From: Fistulifera solaris
Lineage: Eukaryota
Reading direction: 5' to 3'
Assembly (NCBI GenBank): GCA_030295235.1
Contig: AP026127.1
Coordinates: forward strand, 806,001-870,000
DNA: 64,000 nt
This document shows positions 11,990 to 25,305 of the stretch, piece after piece. The notes under the pieces were generated by a model. The model worked only from the letters and a program-made list of their open reading frames with translations, was not told the origin of the DNA and made no database searches. How positions within the stretch are numbered: the first letter of the stretch is position 1; every line of letters begins with the position of its first letter. A program made the translations under genes and the position numbers.

Positions 11990-12633
11990 TCATCATCATC
12001 ATCATCATCATCGTCGTCGTCGTCGCTGTCCTCCTCTTCTTCATCGTCGTCATCGTCGTCATCATCCTCGGGGGCTGCCATTCGCAACAAATTTTTGCCA
12101 CCGCTGCGCTGCATGACGCGAACAGGTTGATGATTCGCGGTAACGTCCTCTATTTCATCATCGTCGTCGTCGTCCTCCAAGGCGTCTTCATCGGAATCTG
12201 CTTCTTCCTCGTCATCATCTTGTCCACTGTAATGTTCACAAGAGGTAATCTTTTAGAGCCGGTGTGAAACAAACAACAGTTCCTGCTTTACTATACTTAC
12301 GGAGGATGCAAATATTTGCCGCCATGCCCTCGCAGTTGTTTCCCTCCTCCTCTAGCTTGAGAAATCGAATAGTTCTGTTCTTCTTCCTCCGACGATTCCT
12401 CTTCGTCGTCCTCCAGCGGACGAAGACCTTTGCCACCACTGACGCGCAATTGCTTGCCGCCGCCGTAGGGGTCGTTGTTATTGTTGTTGCTGCTACTACT
12501 AGGAGCTGTGCGTCGAATATTCGGCTGAGAATCGCAGAAAAGAGGCGTTAGTAAACGATCTTTCTTATCCCCGAAAGAAAAAGAGCCATCAGCGATGCTA
12601 TCTCGCTCTTCCCGTTCTCTTTCTTCTTACCAT
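9211..12633 (-). CDS. RTF1: RTF1 (PAF1 complex, Plus3 domain) with long acidic N-terminal extension; introns 12525-12630, 12227-12300, 10930-10999; frameshift near 10485
   Basis: HMD-like DEADRKHLDSLPELEREAILAERF and Plus3-like LKVTIPRRRLARWCNEPFF..ECFVRLFIG..YRLCEI..Y..TNKTLRLKFG..F.M..ISD. C-terminal FNPYARRRVKP. Canonical splice sites keep the frame from the ATG at 12633. Confidence 0.88.
11948..12025. repeat. (TCG/TCA)n trinucleotide microsatellite encoding poly-Asp in RTF1
   Basis: Direct reading of tcgtcg...tcatca; translates to a run of about 25 Asp on the minus strand. Confidence 0.95.
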
Positions 12634-13337
12634 GACGTCTCTGTACCGCGGTTTGTTCGATTACTTTGAAAGACCTGTTCCACCTTGATTCGAATTGATT
12701 CGATTGTTGTTATCAAGACAAAAGCCAACCTTCCTATAACAGAGGTCTCGTCTTATCCTTTGAATGGTAAAGACCATGCGCTCGCTCCGTTCGTCGTCGA
12801 TGGCGTCGGGCGTCGGTTTCATCCGCATCGCAAGTCGTCGCGCTGCGGTCACGGAAGAAGCGAGTCTACACTTTGTCGTATTCCCGATGGAAAGTATCCT
12901 TTCAGTAGTACTGTCTGCGACATTGCCCACGACTGCGATTCCAGTCATGAATCTTGATTGTTCCGACACGAATACCTCTACAAATCCGTTGCTTCTGCTT
13001 GCTATTGGGTGATTATCTCCTTATTGATCATGATCGCAATACAGCTTTTTCTTTAATTGCAGAAGCAGTGCACGCTTCAACACTCTTTACGTCGAAAATG
13101 CTGGCGAAACTGCTGTCATCCATCTTCACTATAAACGCGAAGTGTAGATGACTTTTTTCACGACTTGATTATTTCAGTCATGAGCTATTGAAAATTAAGA
13201 GCTGTATGGGAAATACAGTAGTATGGGATAAATATTCATATGTCCCACCGATTTCAAGCATTTTTGGGCCTCATTGGCGTTCACAACGGCATCAACCAAG
13301 TAAGTTGCCATCGAGGCGTCAAAGAAATAATAGAATA

Positions 13338-14253
13338 ATGACAGCTCAACCACCATCTGCTTTAACTATTAATGTCTTCAAGGCTTACTTGAACCCCTTG
13401 TTGAAGAAGCACGAAAGCGGGAAGGTGATTGTCTACGAAGATTTATTAGCATCATGGGAGGCCGTCCAAGCGGTCCTTTCGAAACATGAATCGGCCCCCG
13501 ATGCTAGTGATGTGGTAAGTCTAATTGTGATCTGAATATTTCTTTTCATAGTAGCTAACGTCTGGTTTCAAAGAAAGAGAAAATCAAAGCACTGCACAAC
13601 GAGCAAGTCTTGGAATATAAAAAGGCGGGCAAACGCGCTCTGGTCGAATATTGTCGTACCTGTTCCCTCCCCGCCGGCGATTCATCCGATCCCAATCACA
13701 CGCTCAAATGTATTCGGCATGCATTGAATGGAATACCGAACTGGAAATTACCTCGACCGTTGGTTCTTTCGGTTTTACAAAAGGAATTCAGGAGCGCTTG
13801 ACGTCCTCACCCACACCCTCATCCCCCACCAAGCCTCCAGCGCCAACTCCGACAAGTCCGAAACCTCTTGCTATTAAACCTTCGGCAAAAGTAGTACCCA
13901 AACAAAATGAGCCGGCCGTAGCTTCGATAGTCGAAGAAGGAGAGGAAGTAGAAACTCCCGCCGAGGAAGCCGCACCTGCGTCGGCCGACGAAGGGGAAAT
14001 GGAAGAAGGAGAAGAAGCAGAAGAGGAGGAAGACGAAAAAGCTGAGGAGGAGGAGGCCGAGGAAGAAGCTGCAGATGAGGATAACACAGAAAAGAAGGGC
14101 AATGCCGGCAAGACCAAGGGTCTTCTCGCGAAAAGAAGGGCATTGGGAAAAACGGCAGCCCCGAAAAAGAAAGGAACCACCGCCAAAGGTGGACGCATCG
14201 GGACACGTGGACGAATGGTACGACGTGGAGGCAGAAGTGGTGGCAAGGCGTAG
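13338..14253 (+). CDS. hypothetical protein with Pro-rich, acidic and basic RG-rich C-terminal segments; intron ~13515-13573; frameshift near 13780
   Basis: ATG at 13338. The GTAAGT..CTAAC..AAAG intron joins ORF 13188-13535 to 13610-13801. One extra A joins this to ORF 13651-14253, which ends KGGRIGTRGRMVRRGGRSGGKA. Confidence 0.6.
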
Positions 14254-14814
14254 GTCGTTTTTGGTTACTTCCAGTTCTAACTACCAACTTCGGCACTGAT
14301 GTTCATTTTCCCGTCATATTGCTGACAGCTAAGCCAACAGGGAACTTTCATCACAGATCGAATAGTTGAGTAATGCCATGTTCGATTCAGACGCTATTAT
14401 AAAATTGTTTTATATAATCTTTGATTAGATGCAGCATCGTAAAACTATTTTCGTTTCAAGTTTGCGAGTACACCTCGGCTTTTACTATCCCGTCCTTTCT
14501 ACATGTTTCTGCGAGTCGCTTAACGCTTTATTGTTTTTTAGAAATTTAATGAATTAGTCACGCGCCTGTGTAAGTTATTATGAAGGAAGATGTCCACGTC
14601 TCTGTTGCAGAGGATCAGTCCTAAATAATGACGTCGACTGACTCTATAACCAGCGCGAGGAAACGGAACACGCAGCTGAACATTATTTGAAATCCATGCT
14701 TAGCCCTCATTTGAAGAAGATTTTCGGCCCTGTGTTTATGTAGTTCGATCGTTATGGCGCCCTATTGGTAACGAGACTGAAATTAGTGAGTCGGGTGATG
14801 TTATCCGAGGTCGC

Positions 14815-15805
14815 TTCGTCTCGGGACTGTAGTTAATCAAGTGGCGTTTTCGGTAAACCTACAGTCTACGTCATAGTAAGTTTCGATTTCTTCTTAGAAA
14901 ACATTTCACGCGGCTTAGTTTATGATAAATCGCCGGAAACAGCAACACCAATACCTTTCTAGGCATATGTTAACTTCAACATAAATTGATCGGTCGTAAA
15001 CGGTGCCTAGGATGATTTTATTGGTTGCAAACATTTGCATCAGTTTCGTCGCAGGACTGTAATTAATCGAGTCGCGTTTTCCGTAAACCAACAGTCTATG
15101 TGATAGTAAATTTTGATTTCTTATTAGAAAACATTTCACGCGGCTTAGTTTATGATAAATCGCCGGAAACATCAATACCAATACCTTTCTAGGCATATGT
15201 TAACTTCAACATAAAATGATCGGTCGTAAACGGTGCCCAAGATGATTTTATTGGTTGCAAACATTTGCATCAGTTTCGTCGCAGGACTGTAATTAATCGA
15301 GTCGCGTTTTCCGTAAACCAACAGTCTACGTCATAGTAAGTTTCGATTTCTTCTTAGAAAACATTTCACGCGGCTTAGTTTATGATAAATCGCCGGAAAC
15401 ATCAATACCAATACCTTTCTAGGCATATGTTAACTTCAACATAAAATGATCGGTCGTAAACGGTGCCTAGGATGATTTTATTGGTTGCAAACATTTGCAT
15501 CAGTTTCGTCGCAGGACTGTAATTAATCGAGTCGCGTTTTCCGTAAACCAACAGTCTACGTCATAGTAAGTTTCGATTTCTTCTTAGAAAACATTTCACG
15601 CGGCTTAGTTTATGATAAATCGCCGGAAACATCAATACCAATACCTTTCTAGGCATATGTTAACTTCAACATAAATTGATCGGTCGTAAACGGTGCCTAG
15701 GATGATTTTATTGGTTGCAAACATTTGCATCAGTTTCGTCGCAGGACTGTAATTAATCGAGTCGCGTTTTCCGTAAACCAACAGTCTACGTGATAGTAAG
15801 TTTTG
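14815..15805. repeat. tandem satellite, ~4.3 copies of a 230-bp AT-rich unit
   Basis: Anchor ggactgt recurs at 14824, 15054, 15284, 15514 and 15744 (exact 230-bp period). Internal copies are nearly identical; the left edge is more diverged. Confidence 0.97.
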
Positions 15806-16159
15806 AAGTCTATTTATTACAATTTTTATTATAAAAGATGGGCTAGTTGAATAGACGGGAATCACTGTCTCTTCTTTTTATAATACTCCGTATTGCTTTT
15901 CTTGTCAATAACCGGGTATTATTAGACTAGTCTACTACGTTGTTATTTTTTTAACGATGACTTGGGCAAAAAATGGAGATGTGTGCAAGCGGTGTTATTG
16001 TGTTGGAGGTTGCGGGCTGGCCGGCGGTGTGGTGGAAGGACCATAACCTGGTACGGAGTAAACCTGCTCGTTGCGACGCAATGAGCCAAGTGATGGCAAA
16101 AAAGCAAGAAGACTGAATGATTTAGGCAATACTTCCGCTAGTTGTAACATTCCTGAAAA

Positions 16160-17245
16160 ATGAATTCGGTGCTTGTTTTACTGTGCCTCTGCTTGACGTT
16201 ATCAAACGCGTTTGGCTTTTTGTTTCCTCACATTTCCCCAAATAAACTAGCATTGAGTCCTCGAAGGCCCGAAACATGTCAGCATTTATCTTCTTTTTAT
16301 GGTAACTTTGACGAGGAACTAGAGGACGACGAGGAGGAGGATGAAGAAGATGATGATGACGAAGAATTTGATGACTTGGATGTCGCTAACTTTCGTACAC
16401 GCATGTCCAGTATGTTTCAAACGGAAGAGTCAAAAGAAGTGGATGAGCTCATCGGCTTGGCAACGACCAAATCTCAGCAATCATCAAAAGACTGGGCGAG
16501 GGCTGTCGATACGGTCGCTCCCGGGACGATACTCTTGGCCAATCCGGACTATTTTTGTGCCAACTTCAATGGCAATCGCAGAGTTCCGAGCTCCGATTTG
16601 TTGGCTCGATTCGGTCTCTCTTTGCCGCCGCCGCTGGAATTGGGACCCGACCGACGGGCGGATTTGTTACCTGTATTGTTGGTGGTGGATTCCTCCAAAA
16701 CCAAAGGAACGCGGGCTATTTTACTCAACCGAAGGACGGGGCATCTTTTGGGAGATTTAGAGCAACCGCTAGATGAAGGAGGATCGTCGCCTTTATTGGC
16801 CAAATTTTGCATCCAGCCATTGTGGTTTGGTGGCGTGGACTCGTATTCCGCGGGTTTGGAGATGGTACATTTGTGTCCGGCTGTTCGAGGAGCGAAGCAA
16901 CTCACGGAAGATGGATTGTACTGGGGTGGGGATCCAACGCAAGCGCAAGATGCTATGGCGGATCCTTCACTGGAGCGACCCATGTCGGGATTTGATTTTA
17001 AGTTCTTTGTACAGAGCACCATGTTCGCACCGGGGCAGGCCGAGAAGGAAGTGGCGAGCTCTACTTTCTTTCTGGCTAATGTATCGACGGATGTCATCTT
17101 CAAGTCGAGAGATAGAATGGGGACAAAACGAGCGAAACCGCTGTGGACGGAAATAGTGGAACTCATGGGTGGCAAGTACGAGGCAACAAAGAATGACCTC
17201 TACAAGGAAGGTGATTTTGAGGTAGATTATACCACAGATTCATAG
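16160..17245 (+). CDS. YqgE/AlgH (DUF179)-like protein, probably plastid-targeted
   Basis: Signal peptide ending SNA-F. Motifs PGTILLA, LLVVD..GTRAILLNR, PLWFGG, DGLYWGG and FKFF fit the DUF179 layout. Confidence 0.7.
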   Translation: MNSVLVLLCLCLTLSNAFGFLFPHISPNKLALSPRRPETCQHLSSFYGNFDEELEDDEEEDEEDDDDEEFDDLDVANFRTRMSSMFQTEESKEVDELIGLATTKSQQSSKDWARAVDTVAPGTILLANPDYFCANFNGNRRVPSSDLLARFGLSLPPPLELGPDRRADLLPVLLVVDSSKTKGTRAILLNRRTGHLLGDLEQPLDEGGSSPLLAKFCIQPLWFGGVDSYSAGLEMVHLCPAVRGAKQLTEDGLYWGGDPTQAQDAMADPSLERPMSGFDFKFFVQSTMFAPGQAEKEVASSTFFLANVSTDVIFKSRDRMGTKRAKPLWTEIVELMGGKYEATKNDLYKEGDFEVDYTTDS

Positions 17246-17293
17246 CGAAAGTCTTTTCGGTTAAGTAGCCCATCCTGCTAATTTAAAGTGATG

Positions 17294-20200
17294 TTAAGAG
17301 TTAACTCTCTTTCTGCGTTGATCGTCTTGGACAAAAACAGGAAAACCATAACACACTGGAGCGCAGCCAACCAGATACTTCATCTTACAAGCATCTCGCG
17401 CGTCTGATACGCACTGTGCTATAGAGCGACCGCTGCTGTCGAACATGCTTGTTAACAAGGCTTCCGTGTAACGATCAATATCACCGTCTGTTACGTCCCA
17501 CAAGTTACCAACGACACAAGGGGCACCGGCAAGCAGATAAGACAAAGCAATACCTTCGGGCTCGTAATGGATCGGTAGCTGCGACGTCGTTCTAGAATTT
17601 CTTCTATTCACCGACTCGAGTCGACCGCTGCTACATCCCATCAGAATAACAGACGATTTAGTGGAAGAGCTCTCCTCTGACGAAAGAGATGCAATTTCAG
17701 ACCTGGAAAGCAAACTTTCACCCCCGCCGTGTCCAATGTAGAGAAGTAAACCATCGCGCTGAAGAAAACCTTCCCGCATAACATCACTCTCCGGAAGTTT
17801 CCCAACCACACCTCTCCATCGGCCGTTACCATAACCTTCACCGAGGGCAGAAACTAATGGATAAAGACGATCTCTTGTCGCTGCCAAGTTGGATTCCGGG
17901 TCGATAATATATGAAACCTTTTCTGTATCAACCAAGTATTCCTGGAACGACCGCTGTCTCAACATCGCGACCATGAATGTCAGAGATGGAATTCTACAGA
18001 CAGATTTTCCACGGAAAAAGACAAGTTTTCGAATGGAAAGCGCTGTAAGTTTTCGTCGAGAATAAGGAATATGGTTTCATTTTCTTCCTCTTGATTACAA
18101 GCTGTAACATGCACTGTCTCGTCGTCTTCAGCGATAGCCTGACGCTGCTCCATGACAAGCTCCACAAGTTCATTCCTCCTTAATTTCCGTATTCTCTTTG
18201 TTTCCAAAGCCGTAAGATATTAACTCTTCTCTCAGCTCGGGTACCTTCAATTTTGAAGGGCTTTCTTTGATTTTGTTCTGATAGGTGTCGCTATCTTCAT
18301 TACTTGCTTCTTCGAAACGCGAGATTAATTTCCTGCGTGGAGTTTCTGCACTGCTGCTCGTGTCGACCCCAAATATAGACTGCAAATCAGAGTTGTTGCA
18401 GCACATACGTTCGAATCGGGTAAGGAGTTCCATTAGATCGGAATCCAGTTGCTGCCTCAACTCCCACCAAATTTTCTTCGAGTTTCTGTCGTTGCTTTTG
18501 TCGTTCAAACATTCCCCGGTCGCGCCAAGTTGTTCATGGCTCTTGCAAATGATATCATCAAGAGGTTTTAAAAACTCATCATAAAATGAATTGTCGGGTC
18601 CTGACTTTGCTTTTGCTGTCTTGTAAGCAAGACAACCGTCGAAAAGATCGGATTGACGAAGTGAGTAACTCTCCAGTCGGAGCCAAAGCCGTCATGATGA
18701 CCCTGGAATTAGATGGAAACAGTTGTTCTAGTTGGTCAAATGCCTCGTCGGAAATAACATGTGCTGTCAAAGACTCCGGTTCTCGGGTACCTTCAATATT
18801 CAGCTCGGAGTCTACTACGGAAACTTTCATTAATGATGCACAATCATATTCAATGAGCGCTCCCGAATCGCCCCCCAAACACCTTCCGATCGACGATGCT
18901 ATAAAGCGACAAACCGATTTGTCAGTAACCCCGCCCCCAATAGAAGCCAAAGCAACTAATCTGTAGATATCCCGAATCTTTTGGTGAGAAAAGATCATTG
19001 GTATTTGCAATGCCGAAACGAAATATTGACGAGCATTAGCGAGATTCCTCGAAGCAGTATCTCCGTTGTGGATAGATTCCGAAAGGCCAAGAGAGTCTTC
19101 TGAGGTGTTTGTTTCCGCGAAGTTCAAAGACAGACAACCCAGGATATAAAGAGATCTAGCACGAAGACTGGCGTGCACATTATGATCAGCGACCATCCTT
19201 TCAACAAGATAGCGTTCTTCTTTTCCCAATTTCGTCAGAGGTTGACGATGGAGTCGGTATTCAATTGATTGAAGTTGCATGTCGAGGTCAAGAAGAGGGC
19301 GACTGTTCATGCCTCGTCGTATTTCAAGCTTATTGTCTGTAAGTTTTAATAGCTTCAGAATAGTTTTAAGCACAGCACGAACACCGTTTTTCGTAGATTG
19401 CTCAGCATCATGGATCTCCTCATATGAAACACAACTATACTCCGATCCCAATGTTTCCCATACTGGCGTTACGTTGAGAAAGGTAAGAAAACGAAGCCAT
19501 TTTGAAATCAGACCAAGGTCACCTACCTAATTGGCTATCCAGGAGATCCTCCAACTCGTTATCTACGATCGGCTCTCCTTCGCTGTACAAAGTGCTCAGT
19601 AGCAATTTCCTGCTGCCCAAAAACCCGTGGATACCATGAATAACGACATCGAGAGGAGAAGACCGTATCTTTGTTATGATCATATTTCGTCGAAGCAGTT
19701 TTTGCAAAGGACTCCTGCAAGTCTGAGACGAGAATATTGATAAAACATCAGAGAGAGAAGCTTTTGGAGGGACAGTAATAGTATGTATTCCGCTAAAATC
19801 GTTCCAGACCAACTGAGCGTATCCCCATGCACGGCGATAATCTCCAACCAGATGATATATGGTGCAGAGTTGTCGAAGACAGCTTATCTGGCGCAGTGTA
19901 CACATGGAACGAAGTGCTTTTAACTGCAACGTGTCATTTGGATTTGCTGAAGTATGCGATACAAGGTGTGATGATATTCTGTTGCATTCCGAGAAGCACA
20001 TCCTTACATCAACTATGGCGTCGACGTAGTTGCCACAAATTTTCTCCAGTTCTCCCCGCCCCAACGAAATGGAGCTTTTGACCCAGCAAGCGACAATTTC
20101 ATCAAGTGAATTGTCGCCGCTTTTCATAGTTAGCAACGACTCCGCATCTGCTACAAGTATATCAAGCTCGTTCCTCATTTGCCTTATGTTGACAGATGAT

Positions 20201-23200
20201 CGAGCTTGGGATACTTCAGCTAGAAAAAGATAACGCTCTCATAGCAAGCTCGCGGTCCTCAGTTATACGGGAAGCAGAACCGATTGCTTTGATCGAGGGG
20301 TAATTGACCAACGGTACATGATTTGTATTTGAAGGTACGTTTGCAATTGAATCGTACCATGGGACTAACATGTCACTTCTTTCTGCTGAATGTTCTCTGC
20401 ACCACAAAGTACAGAGTGACGCAGAAAGGTCGAACCCATTTATAATCAAGTAATCTCGCAATCGCAACATAGCACCTTTCGCGCACGCTCGTGCGAACAA
20501 TCCCTCTGCAGTCAAGCAAGGTCCAATACCAATCGACAATCTTGTCGCATCAGCCATGATGTCATCGAAGCACTCCGAGTCACAAGCATTTTCATCTAAA
20601 AGCATTCTAGCCTGGAGTGACAAACGAAAAGAGAGAATCACGAGATCCCATCCACCTTCCGGGCAGCGACCAAGTTCACTTAGAGAGGAAACCAGCCTAG
20701 CCAAACCGCTCTTGGGAATTGGTGTGTATTCGCAAACTTCATATATCTCGAGCATTATACGCAATAACTCCCCAAAAAAAAGATTTCGAAGACGAAGCAA
20801 TCAAAGCGTGAATGTTCTTGTTAAGCAAGCAAGACAACACCCTTTCAAAACAACATGCAGGTTCTTGGATGCCACCTCGGCCAGCTTCTTTCTGGATCTG
20901 TTTATACAATAGAAAAAGAAGAGCGATGTACTCTAGATCTTGTGCTGATTCTGATGTTGTGCTAAATCCTCGACCGTCAATTTGAAATAAATAAGAAAGC
21001 ATATTCTCCAACCCGAAACGGCTATCATCAGAAAGACCGGCCTCTTCAGAGCAAAGTGTTTGTCGACCGAGCAGCATCTCAACTACATCAACTGGAGCAG
21101 TAATAGATTTCCATGAGATTGACGGTCCCTCTGTAACATTTCCCAATTCACGTAAACACTGAATAATTTTGAAGACAAGTCGCAAACGACGTGGCGACTG
21201 AAACCTTTCTTCGACATGATCGGCGTGAAATATCCCGTTCGACAAAGTACTGAGAAACTTGAAGAAAGCCAACCAACAGTCACCACTCAACTCCTTGCGA
21301 CTTAGAGTGCTTTCTTCTGCATCCTGCAGGAGTGCCATAATAAACGCCACTGTAGCCTCTTCCCATCGATTCATATTCATGTATATCGAGCCAATTGCAC
21401 TCCACCGAAGCGAGACTTGAAATTGAATGCCAGAACCGCCATTTTGTGACAAGTGCATGAAAAGTCGGACAGCATGCAACATGGAGTCAACTGCTCCATC
21501 GGTAACACCCTTGTCGAGCAGATTTTTTCCATGGAGAGCGAATAGCTGCGGAGCTGTCAGTATAGTCCATCAGACAAGCAAACCTTACAACAATTCTACT
21601 CACTTTTGCAGCTCTTTCTCGAAATTTTGGGTATTTTTCAAACTTCTTGCTACAAAGCTCCGTCACAACATCCATTAAGCAAGATCTGACAACATCAGTG
21701 CGATACTCGACAAAATCCAGTCTATGATAGGCTGCGATTGATTTAATGATACAGTCACAGCCAAAGTCCCACACGCTAGACCTTTTCGGACCTTCCGTGT
21801 CGGCAAAGATTACTTTAGCCATCGACCAGTAACATCTGTGCAGCAGCTGCGCAGCGAGAAATAAAGCTGGATGTGACTTTGGATTTTGATCATCGCCTTC
21901 GGCCGCTTTGGAAATCATTCGATTCAAGGAGGATTTGTACAAAACCTTGAACCAGAATTGAAGCCCGACACTAGAGTTACTGGGGTCCGCCGAAAGCATA
22001 GTATCAAATTTTTGAACTGCGTCCATCAAGAAGTTAACGACTCTCGTGTCTTGATAAGAAGCGTTCTCATGATCGATCGCCTTCACGACGTCAAGGGCAA
22101 GAAAAACGATAGATAGAGCAGCGAAGTCGAACGTAGCCCTGACTTTGGAGGTACCATTAAACTGGAATCGGTAGGGCAAAATACGAAAGATGCACGGGTC
22201 GGCGATATTGTCGGCATGTTTCTTCTCGTGGTGGTCCACCGGACCGCCATAAAGCGCTCGATATGCACAGAATTCGAAATAGCTTGCTATTTCAGCACCA
22301 TCAAAGAGTTTCACTAAGGAATCAAACTCTCCACCAACATCCTCTAGAAACATTGTCAAGCTCGTAGTATTGGTAGCTAATTGATCACATACCACCAGAA
22401 TGGCCTTTGATGCTTGCGAGCACGCACTTGCGAAGTGAGTACGAAACAACTCCTTTTCTGTTCCTTTCATCTCGTCTGCGTTTCGAGGGATAATACCAAG
22501 TAAGCAGGAAATCGAGTGGTGCCTTAAAGTTAAAACGGCATCAGGACCAATCGTCTCCTCATAGCCATCGACGCAATCCCACAAAACTTTATGCGCCCGT
22601 CTCGACAAAGCAATCGAGTCTTTCAAAGATCCTTCTGTGCCAAGCGCGAGAAGTTGCGATTGCCAGGGTCGACCAACAGTACAGATTAGGTTGGCGGATA
22701 GATGAAACATTTCAAGTGGCGTCTGTTTCTTTGCAACAGGCAAGCATCGAAGCAGTAACTCCTCTTCCGTGCGAACTGGTGCGTCATTTGTATGCCAGAG
22801 CGGTAGAAGAAAAACTCTGGAGCAGGAAAGAATCGAATGATTCCCAATGGTCAGCAGTTGCTCTTTGGACAATGACAATGGTAACGATTCTTTGCAGTGT
22901 GGTCTCGGTACCGGAAAGACTAATTGGATCGTCTTCAAAGCATTGTGGTCCACGACGAACTCGGAGCAACACCTCCTCAGTACAAGTCCCAGAGTTTCAA
23001 GTGCCAACACGGTGTAGTAAGCAGCTAATCGACTGACTGAGTGTTTTTGATGAGCAATGGTTTCCAAGGTAGAAATAATGTGATAGAGAAGTTTGATGAT
23101 TGCATCTGGTTTCTGTACCGTTTCCCCCTCCGCTGCTACAATGGCTCGAATGCCGTGGATAGCAGCACGAAGCATTCGAAAGGCTACTTTGTTGTCCTTC

Positions 23201-23519
23201 GCAACCGTCGCCTCCTTGACTAGCTTTCGACACGAATTCAACAATGGGACGGAAAGCTTCTTTTGAGTAAAACGTTGTCTTTGGGACTCTTCATCGTGAA
23301 GGATAGCTGAACGAGGCCTTCAATCAACCCCTCATGGCCCATCCAAATCGCATTGTCAGGTATATTGGTCATTGAATCTCTAATTTTAATAGCCATTGTT
23401 TGTAATTCTTCTTGAGAAAGGTTTGTGCGGCAATTCCCTGTACTCGACGACTTCGAGCGATTTGACGTTGCATTTTCCTTGTCGTCTTGGGTCCATGAAA
23501 CTTCCTGCATCAAATCCAT
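17294..23519 (-). CDS. ESP1: separase (peptidase C50) with long helical N-terminal region; split into several ORFs by frameshifts and probably short introns
   Basis: Catalytic motifs LLYIGHGGG and ILMGCSSG, plus YLLAGAPCVVGNLWDVTDGDID, GCAPVCYGFP, LILDENLQRFPFE and WWELRQQLD. A chain of same-strand ORFs extends to ~23519. The exact exon structure was not resolved. Confidence 0.88.
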
Positions 23520-24082
23520 CGCAGCAATAAACAATTCAGGACACGAAGGGTTCAAATTCGTTTAAAATTGGCAGCACTTATTCAAATGAATTGATTTGCA
23601 GGAACATAATGATCAAAAGCTTGCTTGTTGTCATTCGTTCATTGTCGTCGTGTGTTTATGCATTGAACAAAAATCATTATTGCCGATACGACGTGGAGTG
23701 CTATTCGTCAAACAAGAAAACTCGTATCCACTTCTTCAGTATCGTATATCATTATACCTTTTTCAGGCTTAATCATCGTACTTCAAAAGTGTCACTATCA
23801 GATATTAGTTACGGTCAGACAAATGTTTTCTTTATTTACTGACCCTCATCCTCATCCCCTCATCCTTCGTCGCCTTCGCACTTCGCATCCACCGAAAAAC
23901 AACAAAACAAAACGCAAACCTGCGTCGAATGAAATCGAAAAAGTCAGCATAACTTGCATCAGTCTCACCCAAGCAATCATTTTCTGAAAACTATTCTTTG
24001 CTTCATATCTAGCTTCTTATCGCTTCACGGGCCTCACTTTTGACCCGCTCGAGTTTTTCAGAATAGATCGACTCTCAAAGCC

Positions 24083-25305
24083 ATGCCATCCCTCTGGAAA
24101 CGATTTCTTATCCTCGTTTTATTTGTCGCTAATGCTGGCGCCTTGATTCCATTTCGGCCGCCGAAACTAGAAAGATGTTCGAGGACAACTCCTACATGTG
24201 TTCTACTTTCAACATCCTCAAACAACCTTGAGAAATTGCACACAACAAAGGGTCAATCAAGACGACAATGGATATCTGACGTGGGTAAAGCTGCGATTGT
24301 ACCTTTCCTGTTACCATCGCCCGTCGCTGCGAGTACGGCGGTAGTATCTTCGAAAGCAGTTTGCGACAGTACAGTTTCCGTGTGGAAAGAACCCAATCGG
24401 AATCGCTTGGTCTATATTTTGGGAACAGCTCATATTTCGAAAGTTTCTGCTGATCTGGCAGGACAATTGGTCCGTGATGTTCATCCGAACGCCGTTTTCG
24501 TCGAGTTGGATCTCAAACGTGTAGACGGGGTGGCTCAATATGTCAAGCAACAACAAGATTTAAAAGATTCTATTGAACAGGTGACACTGCCGCCAGGCAC
24601 AAGCAATACGTCACTGGAAGCCAATAATCCACCGAAACAGTCGACTGTCATCGTTCCTGTCCCGACGCCACCAGTTGCTACAGAAAAACAGCACCTTCGC
24701 AACCCCGCGGCTTGTTTGGAGATCTACGTCAAAAAGCTCTGAACGTGGGTGCGCAAGTCGTGGGCAGTGCCGTTCGTGGCATGTACCAAAATCTGGGGGA
24801 TCAGGGTTTCTCACCGGGCGAAGAATTCGCTGCGGCAATAATGGAAGCACAGAAACAGGGCGCCGATGTTATTTTGGGTGACCAAGATGTACAGATTACG
24901 CTGCGGCGCCTTACACAAGCTCTGGCCTCGACAGATCTCAGTAAACTCAACGATGATGCGCTGTCCAGCAAGTTTTCTGACTTGATGGGTGGTGGAAAGG
25001 CGATGGAATTACCGCCATCTGGCGTGATGGACGACATTTACAAAGAAGAATTCACGAAAATGGTTGAAAGCATGAAAAACCGAGAAAATGTCCGTGCCAT
25101 TATGACTGAGTTGAAAGAAGTTGCGCCGGCACTAGCGCAAGTTATGCTTACAGAGCGCGATGCGTACATGGCGACCGGTATCGATACGTTGAATCAGTTT
25201 GAATGCATTGTAGCGGTGATGGGCATTGCGCACATGGATGGAGTAGAAAATAACTTGAGAGGTCGAGGATGGACACAAGTTGCACCCAACTGCGCTTCGC
25301 TTTAA
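24083..25305 (+). CDS. TraB/PrgY (TRABD-like) family protein, probably plastid-targeted; frameshift near 24686
   Basis: Motifs VYILGTAHIS..SA, AVFVELD, PGEEF..A, LGDQDVQITLRRL, ERDAYMA and VAVMGIAHMDGV. N-terminal signal peptide. Confidence 0.85.

Noticed and set aside
11024..12267. Poly-Ser/poly-Val/poly-Thr ORFs overlapping RTF1
   Set aside because: These are antisense or alternate-frame shadows of the poly-Asp/Glu coding sequence.
12661..13125. Possible small minus-strand gene upstream of RTF1
   Set aside because: Only fragmentary frames with stops, no recognisable motif and no convincing splice model.
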